A DNA stretch of 64,000 nucleotides from an uncultured Chloroflexia bacterium (GTDB lineage: Bacteria; Chloroflexota; Limnocylindria; QHBO01). Numbering within the stretch: the first letter of the stretch is position 1; each line of letters begins with the position of its first letter. The DNA lies in contig CAWGTN010000001.1 in NCBI GenBank assembly GCA_963825525.1, forward strand, positions 32,001 to 96,000, given 5' to 3'. The notes under the pieces were generated by a model, which had not been told where the DNA came from, did no database searches, and worked only from the letters and a program-made list of their open reading frames with translations. The position numbers and the translations under genes were made by a program. This document shows positions 1 through 10,225 of the stretch, one piece after another.

Positions 1-218
1 GCCAGGTCGTTGGGATCGGCGTACCCGGTCTGGGCCGGTTGCGGCGGCAGCAACGGTCGAGCGGTCGAGCCGCCGGCGCTGTCCTGGACCTCCCAGCCCA
101 TGGCCGCCAACTCGTCACGGAGCGCATCCGCCTCCTCCCAGCGCCGCTCGTCGCGCGCGGCTCGTCGCTTGGTGAGGAGCGCGCGGACTTCGGCGGGGGG
201 TTTGCCCTCACGGGACAT
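1..218 (-). CDS. Partial protein (runs off the window) whose N-terminus resembles the CysRS C-terminal anticodon-binding helical domain
   Basis: Manual translation from ATG at 218: MSREGKPPAEVRALLTKRRAARDERRWEEADALRDELAAMGWEVQDSAGGST..., matching the CysRS C-terminal pattern R..AR....ADxLRDEL...G..VxD...G.T; AGGAG upstream. Confidence 0.6.
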   Translation of the reverse strand, partial: MSREGKPPAEVRALLTKRRAARDERRWEEADALRDELAAMGWEVQDSAGGSTARPLLPPQPAQTGYADPNDL

Positions 219-367
219 CGGCAGAAGTACTCCTGGAAATGACCGAACGTACCGGGTCGTTCGAGATCACCGCAACCTTACTATCCGACCACGAGCCGCA
301 TCCACCGCACCTGCCCGGTGCGAACGGCCCGTTGCAGTGCCCCAATACGAGGGATGACATACCACCC

Positions 368-553
368 ATGATGACGAACGAGGTCGGAAAGCTGCTGACG
401 GCGGCCGAAGTCGCCGAAATGCTGCATCTCCACGTGAACACCGTGAAGCGCCTCGGGGATCGTGGGGAGCTCCCCTTCTTCCGCGTGTGCAAGCGTGGTG
501 ACCGTCGCTTCCGCTACGACGACGTGCTCGAGTTCCTCCACCGCAGCAAGTAG
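368..553 (+). CDS. Small excisionase-like / BldC-like helix-turn-helix DNA-binding protein (HTH_17 type)
   Basis: LLTAAEVAEMLHLHVNTVKRLGDRGELPFFRV...GDRRFRYDDV is a typical MerR-like HTH_17 sequence. Confidence 0.8.
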   Translation: MMTNEVGKLLTAAEVAEMLHLHVNTVKRLGDRGELPFFRVCKRGDRRFRYDDVLEFLHRSK

Positions 554-607
554 CGCCATATCTGCTCCCGGTTCGTCCGGGGCGTGCCCCTGCCAGGGGG
601 CTGTGCA

Positions 608-642
608 AACGACCGCCGAGGTGCCATTTCTCGGCGGTCGTT
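608..642 (+). terminator. Stem-loop downstream of the HTH gene
   Basis: AACGACCGCCGAG (608-620) / CTCGGCGGTCGTT (630-642), perfect 13-bp inverted repeat. Confidence 0.55.
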
Positions 643-668
643 CGCATGTGTCGCATAATCGACGGCCA

Positions 669-1835
669 ATGAACGACGAAACGAACGACCTCGAAGAGGC
701 GCGACAGCTCCTTGACGGTGGCGATCACGAGGCGGCCATCCGCCGAGCCGAGCCGCTCACCAGCCAGTCGAACGCGGACACGGCGGGTGATGCATGGCTC
801 GTCATCGGCATGGCCCGCTACCGCCTGGACGACGAACCGGGCGCGATGAGCGCGTGGCGCTCGGCCGCTGATGCGGGCGGAGCAAGCGCGTGGCTCGGCT
901 GGCGGAGCGTCGCCGAGCAGAACGTCCGCGACGGGGACCTGGAGGCGGCGATCACCGCGTACCGGGAGGCTGACCGGCGCGCCCCGGCCGCCGAGCGAGG
1001 ACCCATCGCCAATCGGATCGCCTGGCTCCTCAAGGAGACCGGCCACGATTTCGCCGCACGCCGGCAGTTCAACAAGGCTCGCGGCGCCTATGCGACCTAC
1101 GTCCCCCTGGTGACGTACGCCATCATCGGGATCTGCGTTGCGCTGTTCGGCATCGACGCCTTCCTGACGCAGGGCGCCACGCTGGGCGGGGGGTTCCTCG
1201 GTGGTCAGCCCGGACCGCTGGGCCAGGACAATCTCATCAACGGCTTCTACGTCGCGAGCGGTGAGTGGTGGCGGATCATCACCAGCGCGTTCTTCCACCT
1301 CGGCCCGATCCACCTGGCGTTCAACATGTACGTGCTCTACCTGTACGGCCAGCTGGCGGAGCGCATGTACGGGCGCATCGAATTCGCGGCGATCTACCTG
1401 CTGTGCGCCGCCGGCGGCAGCGTCCTCACCATCCTGGTCGAGCCGCAGCAGTTCGCGGCCGGGGCGTCCGGGGCCATCTTCGGCATCATCGGCCTGCTGT
1501 TCGTTGTCTCGCGTCGCCACCACGCGGTCCTCGGTCGTGAGGCTCGGTCGATGATGGCCGGCATCGGGACCTACCTGGTGTTCCTCCTGGTCTTCACCTT
1601 CCTGGTTCCGGGGATCAGCCTGACCGGACATCTCGGCGGGCTCATCGTCGGGGCGATCCTGGGGTTCCTCCTGCCGCCCACGGGCGTCGAGACCCTGAGC
1701 GGCATGTGGCGCACTCCCACCGGTGCGCGCCTCTCGGGCGCCATGCCGCCGCCATTGCGTGCCGCGGTCTACGGCAGCGTGGCCGGCCTGCTCGTCCTGG
1801 GCTCGTACGTGGCGGCGGGCCTGACCGTCGGTTGA
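669..1835 (+). CDS. Rhomboid family intramembrane serine protease with N-terminal TPR-like helical repeats
   Basis: WWRIITSAFFH, HLAFNM, GASGAIFG (catalytic Ser) and GHLGG (catalytic His); Ala/Trp-rich TPR-like N-terminus. Confidence 0.9.
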   Translation: MNDETNDLEEARQLLDGGDHEAAIRRAEPLTSQSNADTAGDAWLVIGMARYRLDDEPGAMSAWRSAADAGGASAWLGWRSVAEQNVRDGDLEAAITAYREADRRAPAAERGPIANRIAWLLKETGHDFAARRQFNKARGAYATYVPLVTYAIIGICVALFGIDAFLTQGATLGGGFLGGQPGPLGQDNLINGFYVASGEWWRIITSAFFHLGPIHLAFNMYVLYLYGQLAERMYGRIEFAAIYLLCAAGGSVLTILVEPQQFAAGASGAIFGIIGLLFVVSRRHHAVLGREARSMMAGIGTYLVFLLVFTFLVPGISLTGHLGGLIVGAILGFLLPPTGVETLSGMWRTPTGARLSGAMPPPLRAAVYGSVAGLLVLGSYVAAGLTVG

Positions 1836-1877
1836 CCGCCGGGACCGGCGCCCGTAGGATGCCGATCCCAACCGAAC

Positions 1878-2125
1878 AGCGGCATCGACCGGGACGAGTA
1901 CCCGATGACGACGGCCCACACGAGCGAGCCGGGATGGTGAGAGCCGGCATGGACCGCATCGAGGAATGGACCCGCGAGCCTCGCCACGAATCGCTCGACG
2001 CGAGCGACAAGCGGCGACGAACCGACCCACCGTTAGCCGGGTCGACAAGTGCGGACCATTCGGTCCGAACGAGTGTGGCACCGCGGAAAACGCCTCCGTC
2101 TCTCGAGATGGAGGCGTTCGTGTTG
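1878..2125 (+). promoter_or_regulatory. T-box riboswitch (Trp specifier) upstream of the trp operon
   Basis: Stem I motifs GACCGGGACGAGTA and AGCGAGCCGGGATGGTGAGAGCCGGC; specifier GAA-TGG-A (UGG at 1967-1969); T-box bulge TGGCACC at 2076-2082; terminator/sequestrator hairpin 2089-2118. Confidence 0.88.
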
Positions 2126-2145
2126 CTCAGCCAAGGATGGATCTC

Positions 2146-3192
2146 ATGTCGACAGCCAGCCCCGAGCTCAGCGAGCATCGCCCGGCCGTGAGCGCGGCGG
2201 TCGAGCTCGTCGCTGCGGGTGCCGTGCTGCCCGCGCCACTGGCCGAGGCGGCCATGGAAGAGCTCATGGCGGGCTCGGCTCCGCCCACCCAGGTCGCCGC
2301 GCTGCTCGCGATGCTCCGCGTGCGCGGCGAGACGCCGGAAGAGCTGGCGGCATTTGCACGTGTCATGCGCAGCCGAGCGGTCCGCGTCGATGCGCCCGAT
2401 GGATCGGTTGACCTCTGCGGCACCGGTGCCGACGGTGCGGGCACGTTCAACATCTCGACCCTTGCAGCCTTCGTCGTGGCCGGCGCGGGCGTCCCGGTCG
2501 CCAAGCACGGCAACCGTGCCGTCACGAGCCGATGCGGGTCAGCGGACTTCGTGGAGGCGCTGGGCATCCCGCTCGACCCGGGACCCGAGGCCACCGGCCG
2601 CCGCATTCGCCAGACGGGGTTCGGTTTCATCTTTGCGCCGGCGTACCACCCGGCGATGAAGCATGCCGCACCGATCCGACGAGAGCTGCCGATCCGCACC
2701 GCGTTCAACCTGCTCGGGCCGATCATCTCGCCGGCCGGGGTCCGCCGCCAGCTCCTTGGTGTCGCCGATGAACGCCTGCTGCCGCTCATGGCCGGTGCGT
2801 TGGCCCGACTCGACACCGACCGCGCGCTCGTCGTCCACTCCGGCGACGGCCTGGACGAGCTGTCGCTGGCCGGGCCGAATCGAGCCATGCTGGTCGAGGG
2901 GCGGATGGTCGGCGAGCTCTCCATCGATCCGGAGGAGCTCGGCCTGGCTCGCGCGCCGCGCAGCGCCTTTGCCGGTGGCGATGCGCAGCTCAACAGCGCC
3001 ATCGCGCTCAGCGTGCTCGGTGGCGAGCCGGGGGCCGCACGCGACGTCGTGGTGCTCAACGCCGGGGCCGCCCTGTTCGTGTCGGGCGCGGCGACCGACG
3101 TCGCCGAGGGGATTGCCATGGCAGCCGATGCCGTGGACTCGGGCGCCGCCGCCAACGTGGTCGAGGCATCGGCCCGTTTCGAGGACCACTGA
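2146..3192 (+). CDS. trpD: Anthranilate phosphoribosyltransferase
   Basis: [43 protein letters not shown] and GLDE motifs. Confidence 0.95.
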   Translation: MSTASPELSEHRPAVSAAVELVAAGAVLPAPLAEAAMEELMAGSAPPTQVAALLAMLRVRGETPEELAAFARVMRSRAVRVDAPDGSVDLCGTGADGAGTFNISTLAAFVVAGAGVPVAKHGNRAVTSRCGSADFVEALGIPLDPGPEATGRRIRQTGFGFIFAPAYHPAMKHAAPIRRELPIRTAFNLLGPIISPAGVRRQLLGVADERLLPLMAGALARLDTDRALVVHSGDGLDELSLAGPNRAMLVEGRMVGELSIDPEELGLARAPRSAFAGGDAQLNSAIALSVLGGEPGAARDVVVLNAGAALFVSGAATDVAEGIAMAADAVDSGAAANVVEASARFEDH

Positions 3193-3196
3193 GCCG

Positions 3197-5863
3197 ATGC
3201 CCTCGACGGTTCTGAATGACCTTCTCATCGCGGCACGGCGACGATCTCGGGCTGACGCGCGCGTCACCCCCCTTTCCGAGCTGCGCCGCGATATCGCCCG
3301 CCTGCCGGCTGCGCGACGATTCGAGGCAGCGCTGCGGTACGACGACCGCGTGGCGCTGGTCGCCGAGGCGAAGCGGGCCTCGCCGTCAAGCGGCGAGTTC
3401 GCGGTGGCCCGTGGATCGGCGGCGATCGTGGAGCTCGCCCGGGGGTACGCGGCGGCCGGCGCCGCGGCGCTCTCGATCCTCACCGAGCCGACGCGGTTCG
3501 GTGGCAGCGACGACGACCTCGTGGCCGCCGCGCGCATCGGCCTGCCGGTGCTGCGCAAGGATTTCGTCGTCGATCGCTACGGCATCTGGCAGGCCCGCTG
3601 GCTCGGCGCGGACGCCGTGCTGCTCATCGTGCGGGCGCTTGGGCCGGACGAGCTCCGCTCGCTCATCGAGGAGGCCGGACGCGCCGGGGTCGACGCGCTG
3701 GTGGAGGTGCATGACGAGCGCGAGCTCGATACGGCGCTCGAGGCGGACGCGACGCTCATCGGCGTGAACGCGCGCAACCTCGAGACCCTGGCGGTGGACC
3801 TCGCCGCATCTCTGCCGCTGATCGCTCATGCGGCGGATGCGGGTGCGACGGTGGTGGCGGAGAGCGGGATGTCCTCGGCCGCGGACGTCGCCCAGGCCGG
3901 CGCCTGCGGGGCACATGCGGTGCTGATCGGGACCGCGCTGCTTCGTGAGCCGGACCCGGCGGCGGCCGCGGCAGGCATGGTGGCGGCGGCGCCGCAACGG
4001 AGACCGACGGCACGGCTGCCGTATCCCTCGCGGCCGGCGGTCAAGGCCTGCGGGCTGCGGGACCGCGCGTCGGTGCAGGCGGCCATCGCGGCGGATGCCG
4101 ATCTTGCCGGGTTCATCCTCGACCCCGCGTCCCCGCGCAGCGTCGACGTCGGGCGCGCGGCGGAGCTCATCGGCTCGATGCGCCGGCCGCGGCCCGTGCT
4201 CGTGTTCCGGGCTCCCACGCACCGGGAGGTCACGGACGCGGTTGAGGCGACGAAGGCGTCCGCCATTCAGCTCGCAGGGTTCGATGCACCGCCGGCGTGG
4301 CTCGGCGGGCTCGGCTCGACGGTCGACACCGTGATCGGCGTGCTCCACCAACCGGCCTCCGTGCGACAGGCCCTGCTGGCCGCCGAAGCATGGATCGCCG
4401 GCGGGGCGACCCACCTTCTGCTCGAGGGGGCCGCGCGCGGCGCCGGCGGGGGATCGGGCAGCGGCGCGCCGCGCGACATCGCGCGACGCCTCAACCGGAT
4501 CGTGCCGGTCGGAATCGCGGGGGGCCTGACACCGGCCACTGTCGCCGGAGCGGTGCGGGACGCCCGCCCGGCCCTCGTCGACGCGGCGAGCGGACTGGAG
4601 CGCGATGGCACATCGGATCCCCGGCGCATCGGTGCCTTCGTGCGCAATGCTCGCCGGGAGGCCGCCGGCGGTGACCGGGTCGATGTCACGGGCCGCTTCG
4701 GCCGCTTCGGGGGGCGCTTCGTGCCGGAGACGCTCATTCCTCCGCTGGAAAACCTTGAGGCTGCCTGGTCGGCCGCCGGCAGAGACCGTGGCTACCGCGA
4801 CGACCTCGAGCGCCTGTACCGCGACTTCGTCGGCCGTCCGACGCCGATCTTTGCGATTCCTCCAGACGCCCTGCGGGGGCGGGGCGGGCGTGGGGCGACG
4901 CTGTGGCTCAAGCGAGAGGACCTCGCCCACACCGGCGCCCACAAGATCAACAACGCGGTGGGACAGACCCTGCTGGCCCAGCGCATGGGGAAGCCGCGCA
5001 TCATCGCCGAGACCGGTGCCGGGCAGCATGGCGTTGCGACGGCCACCGCGTGCGCGCTGCTCGGCCTGAAGTGCGTCGTCTACATGGGCACCACCGACAT
5101 CGAGCGCCAGGCGCCGAACGTACGACGGATGGACCTGCTGGGCGCTGAGGTCCGGCCGGTGTCGACGGGCAACGGCACCCTGCGCGACGCTCTGAACGAG
5201 GCGCTGCGTGACTGGGTCGCCAACGTGGAGGACACGTTCTACGTTCTCGGCTCGGCTGCCGGCCCGCATCCCTACCCGGAGATGGTGGCCACGCTGCAGT
5301 CGGTCATCGGTCGCGAGAGTCGCGCCCAGATGCTCGAGGCCATCGGTCGCATGCCGGACGCGGTGGTGGCGTGCGTCGGTGGCGGCAGCAACGCCATCGG
5401 GATCATGCGGCCGTTCATCGATACCGCCACGCGGCTCATCGGGGTCGAGGCGGGAGGACGCGGTGACGGGCTGGGCGACAACGCGGCGTCGCTCGGCCTC
5501 GGAGCGCCGGGCGTGCTGCACGGTGCCTTCACCATGCTCACCCAGGACGCTGCCGGACAGGTGGTCGAGCCGCACTCGGTCAGCGCCGGACTCGACTATC
5601 CGGGCGTTGGGCCGCAGCTCGCCGCACTCGCCGAGTCCGGCCGCATGGAGGTGGCACGTGCCACGGACGCCGAGGCCCTCGCGGCCACGGGGTGGCTGGC
5701 TCGCACCTGCGGAATCATCCCGGCCCTCGAATCCGCGCACGCCCTGGCGGCGGCACTCCGCATGCTGCCGGAGCTCGACGGCGATGCCCACCTCCTCATC
5801 AACCTCTCCGGCCGGGGCGACAAGGACATGGGCATCCTGGACCACGAGCTTGCCACCACATGA
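3197..5863 (+). CDS. trpC/trpF/trpB: Triple fusion: indole-3-glycerol-phosphate synthase / phosphoribosylanthranilate isomerase / tryptophan synthase beta chain (888 aa)
   Basis: One uninterrupted frame containing TrpC motifs ([27 protein letters not shown]), TrpF motifs (VKACGL, SPRSVD, IAGGLTP, VDAASG) and TrpB motifs ([56 protein letters not shown]). Confidence 0.9.
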   Translation: MPSTVLNDLLIAARRRSRADARVTPLSELRRDIARLPAARRFEAALRYDDRVALVAEAKRASPSSGEFAVARGSAAIVELARGYAAAGAAALSILTEPTRFGGSDDDLVAAARIGLPVLRKDFVVDRYGIWQARWLGADAVLLIVRALGPDELRSLIEEAGRAGVDALVEVHDERELDTALEADATLIGVNARNLETLAVDLAASLPLIAHAADAGATVVAESGMSSAADVAQAGACGAHAVLIGTALLREPDPAAAAAGMVAAAPQRRPTARLPYPSRPAVKACGLRDRASVQAAIAADADLAGFILDPASPRSVDVGRAAELIGSMRRPRPVLVFRAPTHREVTDAVEATKASAIQLAGFDAPPAWLGGLGSTVDTVIGVLHQPASVRQALLAAEAWIAGGATHLLLEGAARGAGGGSGSGAPRDIARRLNRIVPVGIAGGLTPATVAGAVRDARPALVDAASGLERDGTSDPRRIGAFVRNARREAAGGDRVDVTGRFGRFGGRFVPETLIPPLENLEAAWSAAGRDRGYRDDLERLYRDFVGRPTPIFAIPPDALRGRGGRGATLWLKREDLAHTGAHKINNAVGQTLLAQRMGKPRIIAETGAGQHGVATATACALLGLKCVVYMGTTDIERQAPNVRRMDLLGAEVRPVSTGNGTLRDALNEALRDWVANVEDTFYVLGSAAGPHPYPEMVATLQSVIGRESRAQMLEAIGRMPDAVVACVGGGSNAIGIMRPFIDTATRLIGVEAGGRGDGLGDNAASLGLGAPGVLHGAFTMLTQDAAGQVVEPHSVSAGLDYPGVGPQLAALAESGRMEVARATDAEALAATGWLARTCGIIPALESAHALAAALRMLPELDGDAHLLINLSGRGDKDMGILDHELATT

Positions 5864-6681
5864 CCGGCGCCGGCCGCATTCGCGATGCGTTCGATGCCGC
5901 AGCCGCCGATGGGCGGACGGCGCTCGTCGCCTACCTGCTGTCGGGCTTTCCCAGCGAGGCCGATGCGGTCGCGGCCGCCGAGGCAGCGCTCGATGCGGGC
6001 GCCGACATCATTGAAGTCGGCGTCCCGTTCAGCGACCCACTGGCCGATGGGCCGACCATCGCGGACGCCGGCCGCGTCTCGCTTGCGGCCGGTGGAGGCC
6101 TTCCGTCGGCACGGCGGCTGGTCGCCGCCCTGCGCGACCGAGGCCATCGGCAGCCGATCATGGTGATGACGTATCTCAACCCGCTGCTGGCCGCCGGAGA
6201 GCACGAGACCCTCGACGGCCTGCGCGAAGCCGGGGCTGACGGGCTCATCGTTCCGGACCTGCCCGCCGGCGCAATGCCGCGGATGGAGCGATTGGCAGCC
6301 GACCTGGGCCTCGCGATGTCGTTCCTCGTGGCGCCGAACACCTCGGAACGGCGGATCGAGGCGGCGATCGCGGCGTCGACCGGCTTCGTGTACGTCGTGC
6401 CGTTGCTCGGCGTGACCGGTGCGCGTGACACGGTCGCGGCGGGTGCTTCGGAGCTCATCGGGACCGTTCGCCGGCAGGCGGACGGACGCGTCCCGGTGGC
6501 CGCCGGCTTCGGCCTGAGCACGGCGGCCCAGGTCGCGGACCTTGCACCGGTCGCCGACGGACTCATCATCGGCTCGGCACTGGTTGCCGCCCTGCGGGAC
6601 GGTGGCCCGGCGCGAATGGGGGACCTGGTGCGGGAGCTTGCCGCCGCCACGTCACCCGGACCGGGTCCTGTGCGATCCTGA
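5860..6681 (+). CDS. trpA: Tryptophan synthase alpha chain
   Basis: [38 protein letters not shown]; ATGA overlap with the upstream gene. Confidence 0.95.
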   Translation: MTGAGRIRDAFDAAAADGRTALVAYLLSGFPSEADAVAAAEAALDAGADIIEVGVPFSDPLADGPTIADAGRVSLAAGGGLPSARRLVAALRDRGHRQPIMVMTYLNPLLAAGEHETLDGLREAGADGLIVPDLPAGAMPRMERLAADLGLAMSFLVAPNTSERRIEAAIAASTGFVYVVPLLGVTGARDTVAAGASELIGTVRRQADGRVPVAAGFGLSTAAQVADLAPVADGLIIGSALVAALRDGGPARMGDLVRELAAATSPGPGPVRS

Positions 6682-6685
6682 GCCC

Positions 6686-7438
6686 ATGTGCTTCGACCAT
6701 GACGCTCGACCACCACTCCCACCGATCCGCGGCTCGGCACTCGATGCCCGCGAGCTGACCCTCCACAGCCGGGACGGAACGGCCGTGAGCGCCTACGCCG
6801 CGCTCGCCGAGCCGTCTGCCGATCTCGGAATAGTCATCGTGCCGGACGTGCGCGGGCTGCACCCGTACTACGAGGAGCTGGCCCTTCGCTTTGCCGAGGC
6901 CGGGATCCACGCGATCGCCATCGACCTCTACGCGCGCACGGCCGGCGACGTCCCGCGCGGCCCGGAGTTCGTCCACGAGCCGCATGTCACGCGGCTGGAT
7001 CCGGCGCAGGTCAACGATGACGTCGCGGCGGCGTCCGCCTGGCTCGGCGGTCACGCCACCTCGATCTTCAGCATCGGCTTCTGCCTTGGTGGCCGGATCA
7101 GCCTGGTCCAGGCCAGCACCGGCCTGGGGCTGACGGGCGTCATCGGCCTGTATCCGTGGCCGGTCGGACCGCACCGCTCGGGAATTCCGGCGCCGGCCGA
7201 CCTTGCGCCGGAGTTCGCGTGCCCGGTGCTGGCCATCTACGGTGGGGCGGACACGGCCATCCCGCAGGAACAGCGAGCCGCATTCGACGAGGCGCTCGAC
7301 CGCGCGGGCGTGACCCATCGAAGCGTGACGTACGAAGGTGCGCCGCACTCGTTCTTCGACCGCCGCGCGGAGGAGCACGCCGATGCCAACGCCGCCGCCT
7401 GGGGCGAGATCCTCCAGTTCGTGGGAGCCGGCAGCTAG
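6686..7438 (+). CDS. Dienelactone hydrolase family protein
   Basis: PDVRGL, GFCLGG (nucleophile Cys), YGGAD, GAPHSFF. Confidence 0.9.
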   Translation: MCFDHDARPPLPPIRGSALDARELTLHSRDGTAVSAYAALAEPSADLGIVIVPDVRGLHPYYEELALRFAEAGIHAIAIDLYARTAGDVPRGPEFVHEPHVTRLDPAQVNDDVAAASAWLGGHATSIFSIGFCLGGRISLVQASTGLGLTGVIGLYPWPVGPHRSGIPAPADLAPEFACPVLAIYGGADTAIPQEQRAAFDEALDRAGVTHRSVTYEGAPHSFFDRRAEEHADANAAAWGEILQFVGAGS

Positions 7439-8319
7439 GCGCCGACCGGCGTGCGCTCCTGTGACGAGGGCCGTGCCTCGGCGGGGCGAATCGGCCGCAG
7501 GTAGAGCGCCAGCACGGCCACGACGTAGACGAGCCAGCTGATGAAGGTGACCCACTCCGGCGTGCTCGTGTACCCGACCAGGGCACGCAGGATGGAGCCG
7601 ATGACGCCCAGGGCGCCGGCATCGGGCTCATGCGGCAGGACGGCGCTGATGTCGAACGCCTGCGATGTCCCGACCGTGATCCAGCCGACCTCGACGAACT
7701 CGTGGACGGCGTGCGAGAGGAGCCCCGCGGCGATGAAGATCAGGGCGATCCCCGTCCAGCTGAAGAACGTGCGCAGGTTGATGACGCGCGCCCCGCGATA
7801 CAGCCCGTAGCCGATCGCGACGGCGATCAGGAGGCCGATGATCGCTCCGACCAGCGTGCTGCTCGCCTCCGAGCCCGCCGCGGTCGCCTGGCCCATGAGG
7901 AAGAGCGACGTCTCGATGCCTTCGCGGATGACCGCGGTGAAGGCCAGGATGCCGAGTCCGAATACGCCGCCCTCCATCAGCGCGCGATCCACCCCGGCCT
8001 GGAGCTGGCCCTTGATGTTCGCGGATGTTCGACGCATCCAGAACAGCATCCAGGTCACGACCGCCGCCGCGGTGAGCATGGCGAAGCCCTCGAAGATCTG
8101 CTCCGCCGGCGCTTCGAATCCGCCCACCGTGTTGAAGAGCAGGAGGCCGACGGCCACGCTCAGGACGATGGCGGCTCCTGCGCCCAGCCAGATCTTTCCG
8201 AAATGCCGTTGGTTTCCGGTCTTGGCGAGGTACGCCAGGATGATGCTGACGATGAGCGCCGCCTCGACGCCCTCACGGAGCCCGGTCAGCAGTCCGGTCG
8301 TCAAGAATCCGAAGTCCAA
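7435..8319 (-). CDS. FTR1/EfeU family high-affinity iron permease
   Basis: Two RExxE motifs (LREGVEA, IREGIET); multiple TM helices; TTG start with GAGAGGA RBS. Confidence 0.92.
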   Translation of the reverse strand: MDFGFLTTGLLTGLREGVEAALIVSIILAYLAKTGNQRHFGKIWLGAGAAIVLSVAVGLLLFNTVGGFEAPAEQIFEGFAMLTAAAVVTWMLFWMRRTSANIKGQLQAGVDRALMEGGVFGLGILAFTAVIREGIETSLFLMGQATAAGSEASSTLVGAIIGLLIAVAIGYGLYRGARVINLRTFFSWTGIALIFIAAGLLSHAVHEFVEVGWITVGTSQAFDISAVLPHEPDAGALGVIGSILRALVGYTSTPEWVTFISWLVYVVAVLALYLRPIRPAEARPSSQERTPVGA

Positions 8320-8349
8320 GGTCGTTTCCTCTCAGCGTGGGTGGTGAAC

Positions 8350-8369
8350 GCGAGTAAGGCTACCCTTAC
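8350..8369. promoter_or_regulatory. Putative DtxR/IdeR-like iron-regulator box
   Basis: GCGAGTAAGGCTACCCTTA matches 14/19 positions of TWAGGTWAGSCTWACCTWA; dyad GTAAGG-N4-CCTTAC; immediately upstream of the iron permease. Confidence 0.5.
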
Positions 8370-8474
8370 GTCATTCGTTCGTCAATCCGAATCACTGACG
8401 AACGGGTCGGGATTCGACGCGGCATGCGTCCGACTAGAATCAGGGCTCCCGACACCGACCTCCACGGAGACCAC

Positions 8475-9671
8475 ATGATCGATTTCTCACTGACCGATGC
8501 CCAGCGCGAAGTGCAGCGCACCGCGCGCGCCTTTGCCGAGCGGGAGATCCTCCCGCGCATCGGCGAGATGGATGCCACCGCGACGTATGACCGCTCCCTC
8601 TACGAGAAGATGGGATCGGAGGGCCTGCTGGGCCTGCCGATTCCGGAGCAGTACGGCGGGGCCGGCATGGACTACATCGCCTTCGCGCTGCTGTGCGAGG
8701 AGATGGAGCGTGCCGATACGGCCTTCCGCGTGATCCTCAGCGTGCACACCGGGCTGAACTCGCTGACCCTGCTCCAGTGGGGGAGCGAGGAGCAGAAGCA
8801 GCAGTACCTCGTCCCGCAGGCGCGCGGCGAGAAGATCGCCACCTTCGGGCTGACCGAGCCGGGCGTCGGATCGGACGCCGGCAATCTCGCCACCACCGCG
8901 CGCCGCGACGGTGATCGCTACATCCTCAACGGCAGCAAGATCTGGATCAGCCTGGCCGACACTGCGGACCACTTCCTGGTCTTCGCCAACGTCGATCGCA
9001 GCAAGGGCCACAAGGGCATCACCGCCTTCATCGTGGAGCGCTCGTTCCCCGGCTTCAGCTCCGAGTCGCTGCACGGCAAGCTCGGGGTCCGGGCCGGCAA
9101 CACCGGGATCCTGACCTTCAGCGACTGCGAGGTGCCGGCCGCCAACCGGGTCGGCGAGGAGGGCGAGGGCTTCACCATCGCCATGAGCGCCATCGACCAG
9201 GGCCGCTACACCGTGGCCGCCGGCTCGGTCGGGCTGGCGCAGGCGTGCCTCGACGCATCGGTCAAGTACGCGCACGAGCGCCAGGCGTTCGGCTCCGAGA
9301 TCGGGCAGCACCAGCTGGTGAAGCAGATGATCTCGAAGATGTACGCCGGCATCGAGTCCGGACGCCTCCTCGTCTTCAAGGCCGGCTGGAAGAAGAACGC
9401 CGGAGAGCGCAACACGCGCGAGACCGGCCTGGCGAAGTGGTACTGCACCGACCACGCGGTTGCGTCGGCGCTGGACGCGATCCAGATCCACGGCGCCTAC
9501 GGCTACAGCAACGAGTATCCGGTCGAGCGCTACCTGCGCAACAGCAAGGGCTCGGTGATCTACGAGGGAACGTCGCAGATCCACACCCTGATGCAGGCCG
9601 ATTACCTGCTCGGCTATCGCAAGGACAAGGCCCTGCGCATGCCGCAGCCCGCGTTCGAAGGCGAGATGTAG
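8475..9671 (+). CDS. Acyl-CoA dehydrogenase
   Basis: FGLTEPGVGSDA, NGSKIWIS, IQIHGAYGYSNEYPVERYLR, IYEGTSQI. Confidence 0.95.
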   Translation: MIDFSLTDAQREVQRTARAFAEREILPRIGEMDATATYDRSLYEKMGSEGLLGLPIPEQYGGAGMDYIAFALLCEEMERADTAFRVILSVHTGLNSLTLLQWGSEEQKQQYLVPQARGEKIATFGLTEPGVGSDAGNLATTARRDGDRYILNGSKIWISLADTADHFLVFANVDRSKGHKGITAFIVERSFPGFSSESLHGKLGVRAGNTGILTFSDCEVPAANRVGEEGEGFTIAMSAIDQGRYTVAAGSVGLAQACLDASVKYAHERQAFGSEIGQHQLVKQMISKMYAGIESGRLLVFKAGWKKNAGERNTRETGLAKWYCTDHAVASALDAIQIHGAYGYSNEYPVERYLRNSKGSVIYEGTSQIHTLMQADYLLGYRKDKALRMPQPAFEGEM

Positions 9672-9676
9672 ATCCG

Positions 9677-10225
9677 GTGAGCCGCACGATCGAGCTGATC
9701 GCCGGCCTGCTGCTGGTGGCCGTTGCCATCCTGCTGCTGGCCAGCGAGCCGTTGATCGACTTCGTTCGGGGACTCGGGGTGAGCGACGACGTGCTGCGCT
9801 GGTGGCCGGTGCTGCTCATCGGCATGTCGCTCTTCTTCCTGGTGCCCGGCTTCCTCGGCGGTCCGACGCGACGCCTGCGCGCCGGGATGGTCATTCCGGG
9901 AGCCATCCTGGCCGGCGTGGGCGGGGCGCTGCTCTACACCAGTCTCACCGACCGTTGGGGCGCATGGGCATACCTGTGGAGCGTCTTCCCGTTCAGCTTC
10001 GGCCTCGGGATGTACGCGGCCGGCTGGATCGCCGACGCGCCGGCCTTCAAGTGGATCGGCGCCGGGATCGCCGTCGGCGGCGTGGTGGCCTACCTCGTCT
10101 TCGCGACAGCCTTCGGAGGCGAGGCGTTCCGACTGGTCGCCGCCATCGGCATCCTGGCGTTGGGCCTCGCCCTGACGGTCGGCGGCCTCGCCGAGCGGCT
10201 CAGCCGGAAGTCGCCCACGTCCTAA
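9677..10225 (+). CDS. Multi-pass membrane protein of unknown function (LiaF/DUF5668-like)
   Basis: GTG start; about 6 hydrophobic segments; WWPVLLI and WGAWAYLW motifs. Confidence 0.65.
   Translation: MSRTIELIAGLLLVAVAILLLASEPLIDFVRGLGVSDDVLRWWPVLLIGMSLFFLVPGFLGGPTRRLRAGMVIPGAILAGVGGALLYTSLTDRWGAWAYLWSVFPFSFGLGMYAAGWIADAPAFKWIGAGIAVGGVVAYLVFATAFGGEAFRLVAAIGILALGLALTVGGLAERLSRKSPTS

Noticed and set aside
368-553. Prophage or ICE excisionase
   Set aside because: No integrase, att-like repeats or phage genes nearby; more likely a chromosomal regulator.
1905-1940. Trp attenuator leader peptide MTTAHTSEPGW
   Set aside because: No RBS and a single Trp codon that falls in the conserved T-box Stem I loop; the T-box explains the region.
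3386-5845. Long antisense ORFs (also 267-2081, 13420-14934, 42539-44101, 54545-56395)
   Set aside because: Shadow ORFs of well-supported genes in high-GC DNA, with no recognisable motifs.
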